A stretch of DNA of 64,000 nucleotides. It comes from Chloroflexota bacterium. GTDB taxonomy: Bacteria > Chloroflexota > Dehalococcoidia > Dehalococcoidales > JACPPQ01. Below, piece by piece: positions 38,332 to 46,988 of the stretch (position 1 is the stretch's first letter; the number at the start of each line of letters is the position of its first letter). The DNA lies in contig JACPPQ010000003.1 of the NCBI GenBank assembly GCA_016190925.1, positions 1,531 to 65,530 of the forward strand. The letters run 5' to 3'. Below the pieces are notes generated by a model. That model was not told where the DNA came from and made no database searches. It was given only the letters and a program-made list of their open reading frames with translations. The position numbers and the translations under genes were made by a program.

Positions 38332-39243
38332 ATGAGAAAGGACATCATCATGAGACTGAAAATTTGGTTTCTTGAGACCAGGCCGCAATTCCTTCTCCTT
38401 TCCGTAGTCTTGGCTTTCCTGGGCACTTCCATTGCCTTTTACAACGGTGTTTTTCACGCCGGGTATGCGGTGCTGGCATTTTTCGGGCTGCTCTTTGCGC
38501 ATATCAGCGTCAACGTCCTCAACGATTATTTCGACTTTAAGAGCGGTGTCGACCTGAAGACCCGTCGGACGCCCTTCAGCGGCGGCAGCGGTATCCTGCC
38601 GCAGTCCCTCCTCACTTCCCATCAGGTCCTGGGGCTTGGGCTGGCCGCGTTTGCGGTCTCTTTAGGTATCGGTATTTTCTTTATGGTAGCCAGGGGACTG
38701 CTCCTGTTGCCTGTGGTCGTCGTAGCCGCAATCTGCATTCTGCTTTATTCCCCGCTGATACTGAAGATGAAATGGCCCGAGTGGTCACCCGGCGTGGGGT
38801 TGGGCCTTCTGCCGGTGCTGGGGGCTTATTTTGTTCAGACCGGTAACTTTACTGCGCCTGCCGTGATTGCTGCTGTGCCGTCAGGCTTTCTGGTGCACAA
38901 CCTCCTGCTGATAAACGAGTTTCCGGATGTTGAAGCCGATAAGACTGCCAACAGAAAGACCTTGCCCATCACCATCGGATTGAAAAAGGCGGGCGTAGTC
39001 TATTCAGCGGTGACTATCGGGGTCTATATCTGGCTGGTGGTCGCTGTTGCCGCAAGACAGATGCCTGTCTTCTCTTTGCTTGGATTGCTGACCTATCCCT
39101 TCGCAGTCAAAGCCATCCGTGGCTCGATGAGTCCGGACCGCATGGACAAGCTTGTGCCCGCTATGGCTAACAATGTGCTGGTGGTGCTGCTCACCCAATT
39201 GCTCATGGGTATAGGTTATATTGTGGCTGGAAAGCTGGCATAA
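38332..39243 (+). CDS. menA: UbiA-family prenyltransferase (MenA-like)
   Basis: NDYFDFKSGVD Asp-rich motif and 8-9 hydrophobic helices. Lies next to the ubiE/menG-type methyltransferase. Confidence 0.65.
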   Translation: MRKDIIMRLKIWFLETRPQFLLLSVVLAFLGTSIAFYNGVFHAGYAVLAFFGLLFAHISVNVLNDYFDFKSGVDLKTRRTPFSGGSGILPQSLLTSHQVLGLGLAAFAVSLGIGIFFMVARGLLLLPVVVVAAICILLYSPLILKMKWPEWSPGVGLGLLPVLGAYFVQTGNFTAPAVIAAVPSGFLVHNLLLINEFPDVEADKTANRKTLPITIGLKKAGVVYSAVTIGVYIWLVVAVAARQMPVFSLLGLLTYPFAVKAIRGSMSPDRMDKLVPAMANNVLVVLLTQLLMGIGYIVAGKLA

Positions 39244-39369
39244 AATCATTTCATATTGTCATACTGGTGTGGGACAGGACTACCATCCAGGATTCTGACT
39301 CCGGTTGGAGTTGGGAATAAACTTCCGGAATAACATCTTGATTTTTACAAGAGGCGGTGTTCTTAAGAT

Positions 39370-40095
39370 ATGTCACAATGCGCAGATAATGCGGCTCGCG
39401 GCAAGCCCCTATACGAGATGTTCAATGCTGTGCCGCCTCGCTACGACCTGGTGAACCATGTCTTAACCCTGGGGTTGGACAAATGCTGGCGGCTGGCAGC
39501 AGCAAGGGAATGCCTGTCTTTGCGTCCAAAAAGAGTGCTTGACCTCTGTTGCGGCACTGGCGACCTTGCCATAAACATATCACAGCTTTCCGATACCGGC
39601 ATCGATGTGCAGGGATTCGATTACAGCCAGCCTATGTTAGATATAGCTGCCGCCAAGGCTAAGGCGGCTGGAAAGGAAATTCCTTTCACCCGGGGCGAAG
39701 CGGCAGCCATGCCTTTTGCAGACAGATATTTCGACTGCGTGGGCATCTCCTTTGCCTTTCGCAACCTGATTTACAAAAATCCCCTGGCGGAGCGTCATAT
39801 AGCCGAGGTGCTGCGCGTGCTTGCTCCCGGCGGGCGTTTTGTCATCGTAGAGACCAGCCAGCCGGAAGCAGGATTGGTACGGAAGCTATTCCACCTTTAT
39901 CTGCGGGCTTATGTGCGCAACGTGGGCTACTGGTTCTCCGGCAACAAGGGAGCGTACCACTATCTGTCCCAGTCTGCTGCCAGATTCTATTCGCCCGAAA
40001 AGGCGAGAGACCTCCTGCTGGCTGCCGGCTTCAGCGCTGTATCCTACCGGCCGTTCTTGTTCGGGGCGGTGGGAATCCACGTGGCGGTAAAGTAG
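39370..40095 (+). CDS. ubiE: Demethylmenaquinone/ubiquinone methyltransferase (UbiE/MenG family)
   Basis: YDLVNHVLTLGLDKCWR and VLDLCCGTGDL. Confidence 0.8.
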   Translation: MSQCADNAARGKPLYEMFNAVPPRYDLVNHVLTLGLDKCWRLAAARECLSLRPKRVLDLCCGTGDLAINISQLSDTGIDVQGFDYSQPMLDIAAAKAKAAGKEIPFTRGEAAAMPFADRYFDCVGISFAFRNLIYKNPLAERHIAEVLRVLAPGGRFVIVETSQPEAGLVRKLFHLYLRAYVRNVGYWFSGNKGAYHYLSQSAARFYSPEKARDLLLAAGFSAVSYRPFLFGAVGIHVAVK

Positions 40096-40191
40096 AATTA
40101 CCTGTTCCGGTCGCATGTGCGTGTCTATTCTATTCAGCAAGTATCTTCGCTCACACTTTTTCGGCAGTCCGCTTTGTGCTAAGATATTTCG

Positions 40192-40908
40192 GTGCAAATA
40201 GCTATTGATACCTCGACGGATACCGCCAGCGTCGCCCTTGTCCGGGATAGCACTGTCCTTGCGGAATTGACCTGGCGCTGCGACCAGAACCATTCGGTTG
40301 AAGTCTTGCCCCGGCTGGCCTACCTGCTGGAGAAGTCGAAGCTGGACATCCAGTCCGCTACCTGCATTGTCGTAGCCAGGGGGCCGGGCAGCTACAACGG
40401 ACTGCGGGTAGGTGTCAGCATGGCAAAGGGACTGGCCTTCAGCCTGGGTGTGCCGCTGATTGGAATAAGCACTTTGGAGGCAGCCGCTTACCAGCACGCA
40501 GCAACAGGTTTGCCAGTCTGCGCCATCTCCGATGCCGGCCGGGGTGAAATCGGCTCTGCCGTATACCAGATGCAGGGCAATGGCTGGCAGCAGATTCTCG
40601 CCGAACACCTCACTACCCTCGAAAACCTCCTTGCGCAACTCGCGGGAAAAGTTGTATTCTGTGGGGAGTTTGTGCCATCGATTGCGGGGCAGATAAAAGA
40701 TAAGCTGGGAGAGAAAGCAGTCATACCCTCTCCGGCAGCCATCGTGCGTCGGGCAGTTTTCCTGGCTGAGCTTGGCAAGCGTCGATTCGATGCCGGGGAT
40801 ACCGATGACCCGGCGACATTACAACCCCTGTATCTCAGGCGGCCGCATATCACTAAACCAAAGCAGGACTGGAGGCAAAATGGTAAGCTTACCCCAGGTG
40901 TGGATTGA
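40192..40908 (+). CDS. tsaB: tRNA t6A37 biosynthesis protein TsaB
   Basis: GTG start. IAIDTSTDTASVALV and GPGSYNGLRVGVSMAKGLA. Confidence 0.8.
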   Translation: MQIAIDTSTDTASVALVRDSTVLAELTWRCDQNHSVEVLPRLAYLLEKSKLDIQSATCIVVARGPGSYNGLRVGVSMAKGLAFSLGVPLIGISTLEAAAYQHAATGLPVCAISDAGRGEIGSAVYQMQGNGWQQILAEHLTTLENLLAQLAGKVVFCGEFVPSIAGQIKDKLGEKAVIPSPAAIVRRAVFLAELGKRRFDAGDTDDPATLQPLYLRRPHITKPKQDWRQNGKLTPGVD

Positions 40909-41353
40909 TATCGAAAGGATAGACAAGTGCTTCGGGTGCGGGCCGAACAACCCCATCGGGCTGAAACTAAAATTCGAGTGGGACGGCAAGACAGCCAGGG
41001 CTGAGTTCACCCCCGGCGAGGTCTACCAGGGATGGGCGGGCATTGTGCACGGAGGCATACTCAGTGTCATGCTCGATGAGGCGATGGCCTACGCCGCCTT
41101 TTTTGAAGGTTTGCCCAGCGTCACTGCCGAGGCGAAGGTCAAGCTGAAGCTCCCCGCAAAGGTCGGCGAACCCCTGGTCATCTCCGCCTCCGTAACCAAA
41201 AAGACCAGGCGGTTGATTGAATCCACAGCAACGATATGCCTCAAAGACGGCACACTGGTTGCCGAGGGTTCGGCCACGCAGATTGTCATCAGGAACGGCC
41301 CCTGGAAAGATAAGCTCAACGGTTCGGGAAGCGATGCCGCAAACCAGAAATAA
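40880..41353 (+). CDS. PaaI/YbgC-like hotdog-fold thioesterase
   Basis: Start placed at ATG 40880, preceded by GGAGG (40871-40875). CFGCGPNNP and GIVHGGILSVMLDEAM. Confidence 0.7.
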   Translation: MVSLPQVWIDIERIDKCFGCGPNNPIGLKLKFEWDGKTARAEFTPGEVYQGWAGIVHGGILSVMLDEAMAYAAFFEGLPSVTAEAKVKLKLPAKVGEPLVISASVTKKTRRLIESTATICLKDGTLVAEGSATQIVIRNGPWKDKLNGSGSDAANQK

Positions 41354-41999
41354 AGCGGTTATCTGGGATATGGACGGGGTCATCGTTGACAGTTTCGACC
41401 AGCATTTCCAGGCGTGGCAAACTGTCTTCCGCCGGAAGGGTGTAAATTTTACGGTAGAGGACTTCCGCCGCACCTTCGGGCAGAGAAACGATACCATCAT
41501 CCGGGATATGATGGGAAACGCCATTTCGCGGGATGAAATAGAAGCCGTCAACCATGACAAGCAGGAGATGTACCGTGAGATAGCGGAAGGCCACGTCAGG
41601 GCGCTGCCGGGAGCTATCGAACTCATAAAATCGCTGAAGGACAGGGGGTTCAAACTGGCGGTGGCATCCTCCGGCCCACCCAGGAATATCGAAATGGTCT
41701 TGCGGAACCTGAACATCGACCGCTATTTCGATGCCGTGGTATCGGCAGATGACGTGACCGAAGGTAAACCCAACCCGCAGTGCTTCCTGCTGGCGGCGCG
41801 AAAGCTGGACGTAGCGCCTGAGGGCTGCATTGTGATTGAGGATGCCGTGGCCGGCGTGGCTGCCTGCAAGAACGCGGGGATGCGCTGCGTGGCGGTGACC
41901 ACCACCCACCCATCGGACAAGCTGAAACAGGCCGACCTAATTGTCGATAGCCTTAAAAAAATTTCTGTTAGCGATATTATGAGGCTTCTAGCGGATTGA
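41334..41999 (+). CDS. HAD-superfamily hydrolase (beta-phosphoglucomutase-like subfamily)
   Basis: Start placed at ATG 41334. Motif I VIWDMDGVIVDS, ASSG, and EDAVAGVAACKNAGM. Confidence 0.75.
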   Translation: MPQTRNKAVIWDMDGVIVDSFDQHFQAWQTVFRRKGVNFTVEDFRRTFGQRNDTIIRDMMGNAISRDEIEAVNHDKQEMYREIAEGHVRALPGAIELIKSLKDRGFKLAVASSGPPRNIEMVLRNLNIDRYFDAVVSADDVTEGKPNPQCFLLAARKLDVAPEGCIVIEDAVAGVAACKNAGMRCVAVTTTHPSDKLKQADLIVDSLKKISVSDIMRLLAD

Positions 42000-42024
42000 T
42001 AAAAAAGAGAGTTGCTGCTTATTT

Positions 42025-42080
42025 TCTCCCTTTCGCAAAGGGAGAGCAAGAGGGATTTACCCCCAAAATCCCCTGAATCC
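42025..42080. repeat. Hairpin repeat module (TCTCCC-tttcgcaaa-GGGAGA ... GGGATTT type)
   Basis: tctccctttcgcaaagggagagcaagagggatttacccccaaaatcccc. Related to the copy at 43866-43901 in the opposite orientation. Confidence 0.7.
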
Positions 42081-42114
42081 ACCATAAAATTTATCTCATA
42101 AAGGAGTTCGAGCA

Positions 42115-42534
42115 ATGGAACAATCTTTGATTCTGGTCAAGCCCGATGCCATGGAAAGAGGACTGGCAGGCACAATTATCGCCCGGCTGGAGGGACAGGG
42201 ATTCAAGCTGGTAGCGATGAAAATGCTGCGTATGGACAGGTTACTTGCGGAGCGGCACTATGACGTCCACCGGGATAAACCCTTCTTCAAAGGCCTGGTG
42301 GAGTTCATCACCTCCGGCCCTATCGTAGCCGCCGTTTTCGAAGGGGAAAATGCCGTGTCCGGCCTGCGAAAGGCCATGGGCTCCACCGACCCCGCAAAGG
42401 CAGCAAAGGGCACAATCAGGGGCGATTTCGGGCAGAATATCGAGCGTAACGTCATCCACGGCTCGGATTCAGTGGAGACCGCAGAGAAAGAGATAAGGCT
42501 GTTCTTTTCCGGGGCGGAAATCTTCAGCTACTGA
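42115..42534 (+). CDS. ndk: Nucleoside diphosphate kinase
   Basis: LILVKPDAMERGL and NVIHGSDS (active-site His region). 139 aa. Confidence 0.9.
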   Translation: MEQSLILVKPDAMERGLAGTIIARLEGQGFKLVAMKMLRMDRLLAERHYDVHRDKPFFKGLVEFITSGPIVAAVFEGENAVSGLRKAMGSTDPAKAAKGTIRGDFGQNIERNVIHGSDSVETAEKEIRLFFSGAEIFSY

Positions 42535-42842
42535 ATACGGACTACCGGCGTGGCATGGCACCACAGTCCATCGAGGTCGTAGTACTGCCTTTCGGTAGAT
42601 GAGAAGATGTGGACGACGACGCTGCCGTAGTCGAGGAGGAGCCAGCCGGACTCTATTGTGCCTTCGACATGGCGTGGCAGAACACCCGCTTTTTTAAGCG
42701 TTTGCTCGATTTCCTCGTAGATGGCTTTGATTTGCGGCTCGGATTCACCGGTGCACAACACGAAATATGAGGTGAAGCTGCATACTTCGTGCACATCGAG
42801 CAGGACAACGTCAGCCGCCTGTTTTTCACTCGCTGCTTCCAC
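42528..42842 (-). CDS. rsfS: Ribosome silencing factor RsfS (iojap-like)
   Basis: KQAADVVLLDVHEVCSFTSYFVLCTGES...WLLLDYGSVVVHIF. The true start probably lies slightly upstream (in-frame LEPIEIARKAV with GGAGGA nearby), so the start codon is uncertain. Confidence 0.8.
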   Translation of the reverse strand: MEAASEKQAADVVLLDVHEVCSFTSYFVLCTGESEPQIKAIYEEIEQTLKKAGVLPRHVEGTIESGWLLLDYGSVVVHIFSSTERQYYDLDGLWCHATPVVRIQ

Positions 42843-42973
42843 CGCCTTACGCGCTATTTCTATCGGTTCCAGAAAACAGTTCCTCCGATTTAGCTCTCAA
42901 GATTATTATAACAGAGGTTGCCTGCTGACTCCATCCCTTGCCCTGAGCGTTCTGATAGTATAAACTGCTAAAC

Positions 42974-43810
42974 ATGGATAAGCTTCTCTTCGGCACGGGC
43001 GGAGTGCCGCATAGCGCCAGGACCGGCTCTACTATCGACGGCATCAGGCGCATCGCCGAGCTTGGACTAGGTTGCATGGAGCTTGAGTTTGTCCAGCGGG
43101 TGAGCATGAATGAGGCCGGCGCGAAAATCGTGGCGGAAGTGGCCAAACAGGCAGGAGTCAAACTTTCGGCTCACGCTCCATACTATATCAACCTGAACTC
43201 CCCTGAGCCGGACAAGATAAAGGCAAGCCAGGAGCGCATCTTCCAAACCGCCCGCATCGGCGCCATCTGCGGCGCGGAGAGTATCGTCTTTCACCCTGCC
43301 TTCTACCTCGGCAATCCACCATCCGAAGCCTATGATAGAGTTAAAAGCAACCTGGCGGAAGTTCTGGCCCGCGTTAAAGAGTTAAAGCTGAAAGTGGTTA
43401 TCAGGCCGGAAATCATGGGCAAGACCAGCCAGTTCGGCACACTGGATGAAGCGCTCCGCCTCAGCACGGAGCTTGAGGGAGTGGCGCCATGTGTGGACTT
43501 TGCGCACTGGCGCGCCCGCAGTGAAGTCAATTCCTACAAAGAGTTCGTTTCTGTCTTCGAGCAGATTGAAAAGAAGCTGGGCCGGGCTGCCGTCGACAAC
43601 ATACACATACACGTCTCTGGAATTGAGTTCGGAAAGAGCGGAGAGAGGAAGCACCTCGACTTCAAAGAATCGGATTTCCAGTATTCCTCTTTCGTCAAGG
43701 CGTTGAAGGACTGCGACATCAAGGGCTGCATTGTCTGCGAAAGTCCCAACCTTGAGAAGGATGCGCTGCTTCTCCAGGGAAAATACCGGACACTGCCGCA
43801 GACAAAGTGA
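42974..43810 (+). CDS. nfo: Endonuclease IV family TIM-barrel protein
   Basis: LSAHAPYYINLNSPE and IVFHPAFY match the Nfo-type metal-binding pattern. 278 aa. Confidence 0.6.
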   Translation: MDKLLFGTGGVPHSARTGSTIDGIRRIAELGLGCMELEFVQRVSMNEAGAKIVAEVAKQAGVKLSAHAPYYINLNSPEPDKIKASQERIFQTARIGAICGAESIVFHPAFYLGNPPSEAYDRVKSNLAEVLARVKELKLKVVIRPEIMGKTSQFGTLDEALRLSTELEGVAPCVDFAHWRARSEVNSYKEFVSVFEQIEKKLGRAAVDNIHIHVSGIEFGKSGERKHLDFKESDFQYSSFVKALKDCDIKGCIVCESPNLEKDALLLQGKYRTLPQTK

Positions 43811-43865
43811 ACGGCAAAGTTACCCCAATTTTTCGAACTTCCCGCAAAACACAAACCGTTAAAAT

Positions 43866-44012
43866 CTCCCTTAATCCCTCTTTGCCAAAGAGGGAAATCC
43901 CAGCCTGCTCAGGCTATCAAAATGCAGGAAAATCGCGCGAATTGTCATTCTGGCGCAGGCCAGAATCCAGAACCCCACCTGCCACTGGATTCCAGCCTCC
44001 GCTGGAATGACA
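43866..44012. repeat. Cluster of hairpin repeat modules
   Basis: ccctctttgccaaagaggg hairpin. 43944-43970 is GTCATTCTGGC-GCAG-GCCAGAATCCAG, and 43985-44012 is the inverted copy CTGGATTCCAGC-CTCC-GCTGGAATGACA. Confidence 0.8.
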
Positions 44013-44030
44013 ATAGGGGAGATGGATTTC

Positions 44031-44179
44031 GGTCCCGTATCGAGCCTGTCTCATAATTCATTAAAACGCTGTGAAAAGATAAAAATCAACGGCTCACAGG
44101 TCCGCCAGAGGCGGATGCCACCGGAAGAAAAAATGGGATAAACTACTATTATGAGACAGGCTCGTATCCTGTGCGGGAC
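44031..44179. repeat. ~150-bp element bounded by a perfect 17-bp inverted repeat
   Basis: cgagcctgtctcataat (44041-44057) is the exact reverse complement of attatgagacaggctcg (44148-44164). The flanks extend with gtcccg on both sides. Internal hairpin tccgcc-agag-gcgga. Confidence 0.75.
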
Positions 44180-44274
44180 AAACTTTAACTGGAATGGTAA
44201 ACAGGATATTTCTTTGAGATTGCCTATCGGCTCGCCTCTTGCCTTATTGCCCCAAATCGGGTAAAGTCTAACCT

Positions 44275-45675
44275 ATGGCAAAAGCCGATAAGTCCAGGAC
44301 AGTCTTCGTCTGCCAGGCGTGTGGCAAAGAGAACCTGCGCTGGGAGGGACGCTGCCCAAACTGCCACCAGTGGAACACCCTCATTGAAAGCGTGATAGTG
44401 GCCGCTTCCGCACGCACTCACACGGCAGACAGCCCGCTACAGGAGCTATCCCGCATTACTGTCGAGGCAACCGACCGCTTCCCGCTGCGTCTTGGAGAGT
44501 TCGACCGCGTGCTGGGTGGAGGGCTGGTGGCCGGCTCCCTGGTGCTCATCAGCGGCGACCCCGGCATAGGCAAGTCCACGCTCCTGTTACAGGCGTTGGC
44601 TCTGTCCGTTCAGGACAGGGGCAGGGTGGCCTATGTCTCCGCAGAAGAGACCCTGCGCCAGATAAAGCTCCGGGCGGAGAGGCTGGGAGTGAAGGGCGAT
44701 GGTCTTTATCTGCTGGCTCAATCCGACCTCAACGCCATCGTGGACAAAATCGAGCAGTTGAAGCCCGGACTGGTGGTCGTGGATTCCATCCAGGCGGTCT
44801 ATCTTCCTGAACTCGACTCAGCCGCGGGTAGCGTGACTCAGGTGCGGGAGTGCGCTGTGCGCCTGATGCAATGGGCCAAGTCCAACGCCGTGCCAGTTTT
44901 CATCGCCGGGCATGTCACCAAGGACGGCGCTATTGCCGGTCCGCGTGTCCTGGAACATATCGTCGACGTGGTGCTGCACCTTGAAGGCGAGCCGTTCAGC
45001 CAGTACCGGTTGCTGCGCTGCGTGAAGAACCGCTTCGGCTCCACTAACGAGATAGGCGTCTTCGAGATGAAGTCGCAGGGATTGGTAGAGGTGGACAATC
45101 CCTCGAAGGTGTTCCTTTCCCAGCGCTGGGAGGAGGCCATCGGCTCGGCGGTAGTGCCTGCTCTGGAAGGCAGCCGCCCGGTGCTGGTCGAAATCCAGGC
45201 GCTGACCAACCCCACCAGCTTCGGTCTGCCCCGGCGCACGGCCAATGGGGTCGATTTCGGTCGGTTGTTGATGATTATCGCCGTGCTGAGCAAACGGGTG
45301 GGGCTGAGACTGGGCGGGCAGGACATTATAGTGAATGTCACCGGCGGGCTCAAAATCAACGAACCGGGAGCGGATTTGGGAATCGCACTTGCCATCGCCT
45401 CCAGCTTCCGCGATGTGCCGGTAGACTCAAAACTGGTGGCAGTGGGGGAGGTGGGACTGAGCGGGGAGCTGCGCGCCGTCTCCCAGCTTGAGCGCAGGGT
45501 GGCGGAGTCTGCCCGTTTGGGCTTTAAGCGCTGCCTGGTGCCCAAAATAGGCAGCAGCAAGATTGCCGTCCCTGAGGGGATGGAGCTAATCCCGGCCAGC
45601 ACCCTGCGGCAGGCGATTGGGGTGGGGTTGGTGGGGGAGAAGAGCAAAAGTGAGGCCGCCCACGAGAGTCAGTAA
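44275..45675 (+). CDS. radA: DNA repair protein RadA (Sms)
   Basis: Zinc finger CQACGKENLRWEGRCPNC, Walker A GDPGIGKST, KNRFG motif, C-terminal Lon-protease-like domain. Confidence 0.9.
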   Translation: MAKADKSRTVFVCQACGKENLRWEGRCPNCHQWNTLIESVIVAASARTHTADSPLQELSRITVEATDRFPLRLGEFDRVLGGGLVAGSLVLISGDPGIGKSTLLLQALALSVQDRGRVAYVSAEETLRQIKLRAERLGVKGDGLYLLAQSDLNAIVDKIEQLKPGLVVVDSIQAVYLPELDSAAGSVTQVRECAVRLMQWAKSNAVPVFIAGHVTKDGAIAGPRVLEHIVDVVLHLEGEPFSQYRLLRCVKNRFGSTNEIGVFEMKSQGLVEVDNPSKVFLSQRWEEAIGSAVVPALEGSRPVLVEIQALTNPTSFGLPRRTANGVDFGRLLMIIAVLSKRVGLRLGGQDIIVNVTGGLKINEPGADLGIALAIASSFRDVPVDSKLVAVGEVGLSGELRAVSQLERRVAESARLGFKRCLVPKIGSSKIAVPEGMELIPASTLRQAIGVGLVGEKSKSEAAHESQ

Positions 45676-45678
45676 ATT

Positions 45679-45918
45679 ATGAAGACATTGCAGATAGGAC
45701 AACGCTCATTTAGCGCGGTCATTACAAAAGAAGGCGAACTGTTTAGCTCATTGTGTCCTGAGTTGGACGTTGCCAGCAGTGGCGATACAAGTAAGGAAGC
45801 ATTTGAGAACCTGAAGGATGCGGTAAAGCTTTATCTGAAGACTCTTGCGGAAGAGGGTGAACTTAAATCAGTGCTTGAAGCGAAAAGGAGGAAATATGTC
45901 AAAGAACAGCCAAGATGA
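45679..45918 (+). CDS. HicB-like (UPF0150) small protein, no DNA-binding domain
   Basis: FSAVITKEGELFSSLCPELDVASSGDTSKEAFENLKDAVKLYL matches the HicB N-terminal fold pattern. Starts 4 nt after the radA stop. Confidence 0.55.
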   Translation: MKTLQIGQRSFSAVITKEGELFSSLCPELDVASSGDTSKEAFENLKDAVKLYLKTLAEEGELKSVLEAKRRKYVKEQPR

Positions 45919-46273
45919 ACTAGTGCGGGCTTACGCAATGCTTTCGTCACTACGCAAGAACATTAGCCAAATGACAGACCGCAACGTTCCTGAAAAATAT
46001 GTTGCAGACTTCCATAATGTTCTTGACAGATTGGAAAGCATAGGAATAGGCGTTTCCGAGTTCCGAATTCCAGCTTCAGAAGTCAAGCCTAAAGTTACAG
46101 ACGTAAGTCCAGTTAATAATCATGGAGGTGGAGGGGGTCATGTCAGCTATTCCAAAGAAAAATATGTGGATAAATACTACTTACTAACCAAGCTAGACGC
46201 ACTTCTTGGCTATATTGAAAGCATTACTTCTGAAAAGCCAAAGCAAATAGGCTTTCATACTGAGAGAGATTAA
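45896..46273 (+). CDS. Hypothetical protein (125 aa)
   Basis: Start placed at ATG 45896, preceded by AGGAGG (45884-45889). Overlaps the HicB-like gene by 23 nt. Helical N-terminus, Gly run NNHGGGGGH, helical C-terminus. No family recognised. Confidence 0.4.
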   Translation: MSKNSQDELVRAYAMLSSLRKNISQMTDRNVPEKYVADFHNVLDRLESIGIGVSEFRIPASEVKPKVTDVSPVNNHGGGGGHVSYSKEKYVDKYYLLTKLDALLGYIESITSEKPKQIGFHTERD

Positions 46274-46278
46274 GGCAT

Positions 46279-46479
46279 ATGACCACCCATTCTAAAACCT
46301 CCGCCATTATCGCTGCTGCCGGGTCGAGCCAGCGCATGGGCGGCATGGACAAAATGTTCGCCCCGCTTGGTGGAAGGCCTGTGCTGGCACGCGTGGTTGA
46401 CGTCTTCCAGCAGTGTGAGGCTATCGGCCAGATTGTGGTCGTAGTCAGCCAGCAAGACCTGAGCCTGCCCCGTACCTGA
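46279..46479 (+). pseudogene. ispD: Truncated ispD (N-terminal 66 codons only)
   Basis: SAIIAAAGSSQRMGGMDKMFAPLGGRPVLARVV is the IspD nucleotide-binding N-terminus. The ORF stops after 66 codons, and no other frame continues an IspD-like sequence. Confidence 0.7.
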
Positions 46480-46522
46480 TACGGGGGGCAATGGCCACTC
46501 CTGCCTCTGTCGGGCGGGATTG

Positions 46523-46679
46523 CTTTACATAACTTTCGCAAAAAACGAATCAAAAAACGCCTTTCTTTTCACGGTTTTTAGCCTCAACTTTACATAAGTT
46601 ATCCAAAAAACGAATCAAAACCAGATAATTATGTCGACCGAAATTAGCCACTACTTGACATAAATAGTAAAACGAATTC
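46523..46679. repeat. Three degenerate ~33-nt direct repeats at 65-66-nt spacing
   Basis: 46523 is CTTTACATAACTTTCGCAAAAAACGAATCAAAA and 46588 is CTTTACATAAGTTATCCAAAAAACGAATCAAAA (29/33 identical). 46654 is CTTGACATAAATAGTAAAACGAAT (more degenerate). The intervening sequences are unrelated. Confidence 0.6.
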
Positions 46680-46988
46680 TCCTATCTACTTAGCTTTGAG
46701 TTGTTTCCCGCAAAAACATATCAGCGCATATGTCCTGTGTTGTCTTGAGAGCTATGTCGCACCGGCTGACATCTCTGAAAGCTGAAAGCTGACGGCTGAA
46801 AGCTTTTACGGCAATTGTACTCCACGCACATAGATGTGTTAAAATGAGCGCATTATTGTCGGAGATGTCAGGTAGTCTGTGTTGCATAGTTTCCCCATAG
46901 TGGTGGTAGTTGGCAGTGTGGTTTTCTCAAAGATAATCGATTTTAAAGGCGGATAACTGTTTTACAGATGAGATAAGGTTTTTCAAAT

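Noticed and set aside
43807-44010. ORFs translated from intergenic repeats: 43807-44010, 56095-56433, 56173-56355, 62394-62807, 48505-48798 and 37002-37562.
   Set aside because: They run through the hairpin repeat modules. Peptides such as PSLPKREI, LDSRLRGNDS and VIPAKAGIQ are the known translation artefacts of such repeats. They lack ribosome-binding sites and any family signal.
46474-46580. Read-through or Sec recoding of the TGA that ends the ispD stub.
   Set aside because: The translation after the TGA (YGGQWPLLPLSGGIALHNFRKKRIKK...) shows no IspD similarity and ends 34 codons later. The hairpin there spans the stop codon itself instead of lying downstream like a SECIS.
46523-46679. Calling the three 65-nt-spaced repeats a CRISPR array.
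   Set aside because: There are only three copies, with 88 percent identity or less, plus an off-phase fourth similarity. No cas genes occur in the window and there is no clean repeat boundary. I kept it as a repeat feature and finding, not as a CRISPR call.
46814-46845. Promoter for the mutase operon (TTGTAC, 19 nt spacer, extended -10 TGTTAAAAT).
   Set aside because: The spacing is long, the -35 is weak, and it lies about 145 nt from the start codon with no supporting evidence. It is too speculative to list as a feature.
46480-46988. Possible cobalamin riboswitch upstream of the B12-dependent mutase operon.
   Set aside because: I read the region for a B12 box (GCCACTG-like core with the flanking conserved stems). 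I found only a chance gccact and none of the other conserved elements. A covariance-model scan (Rfam RF00174) would be decisive.
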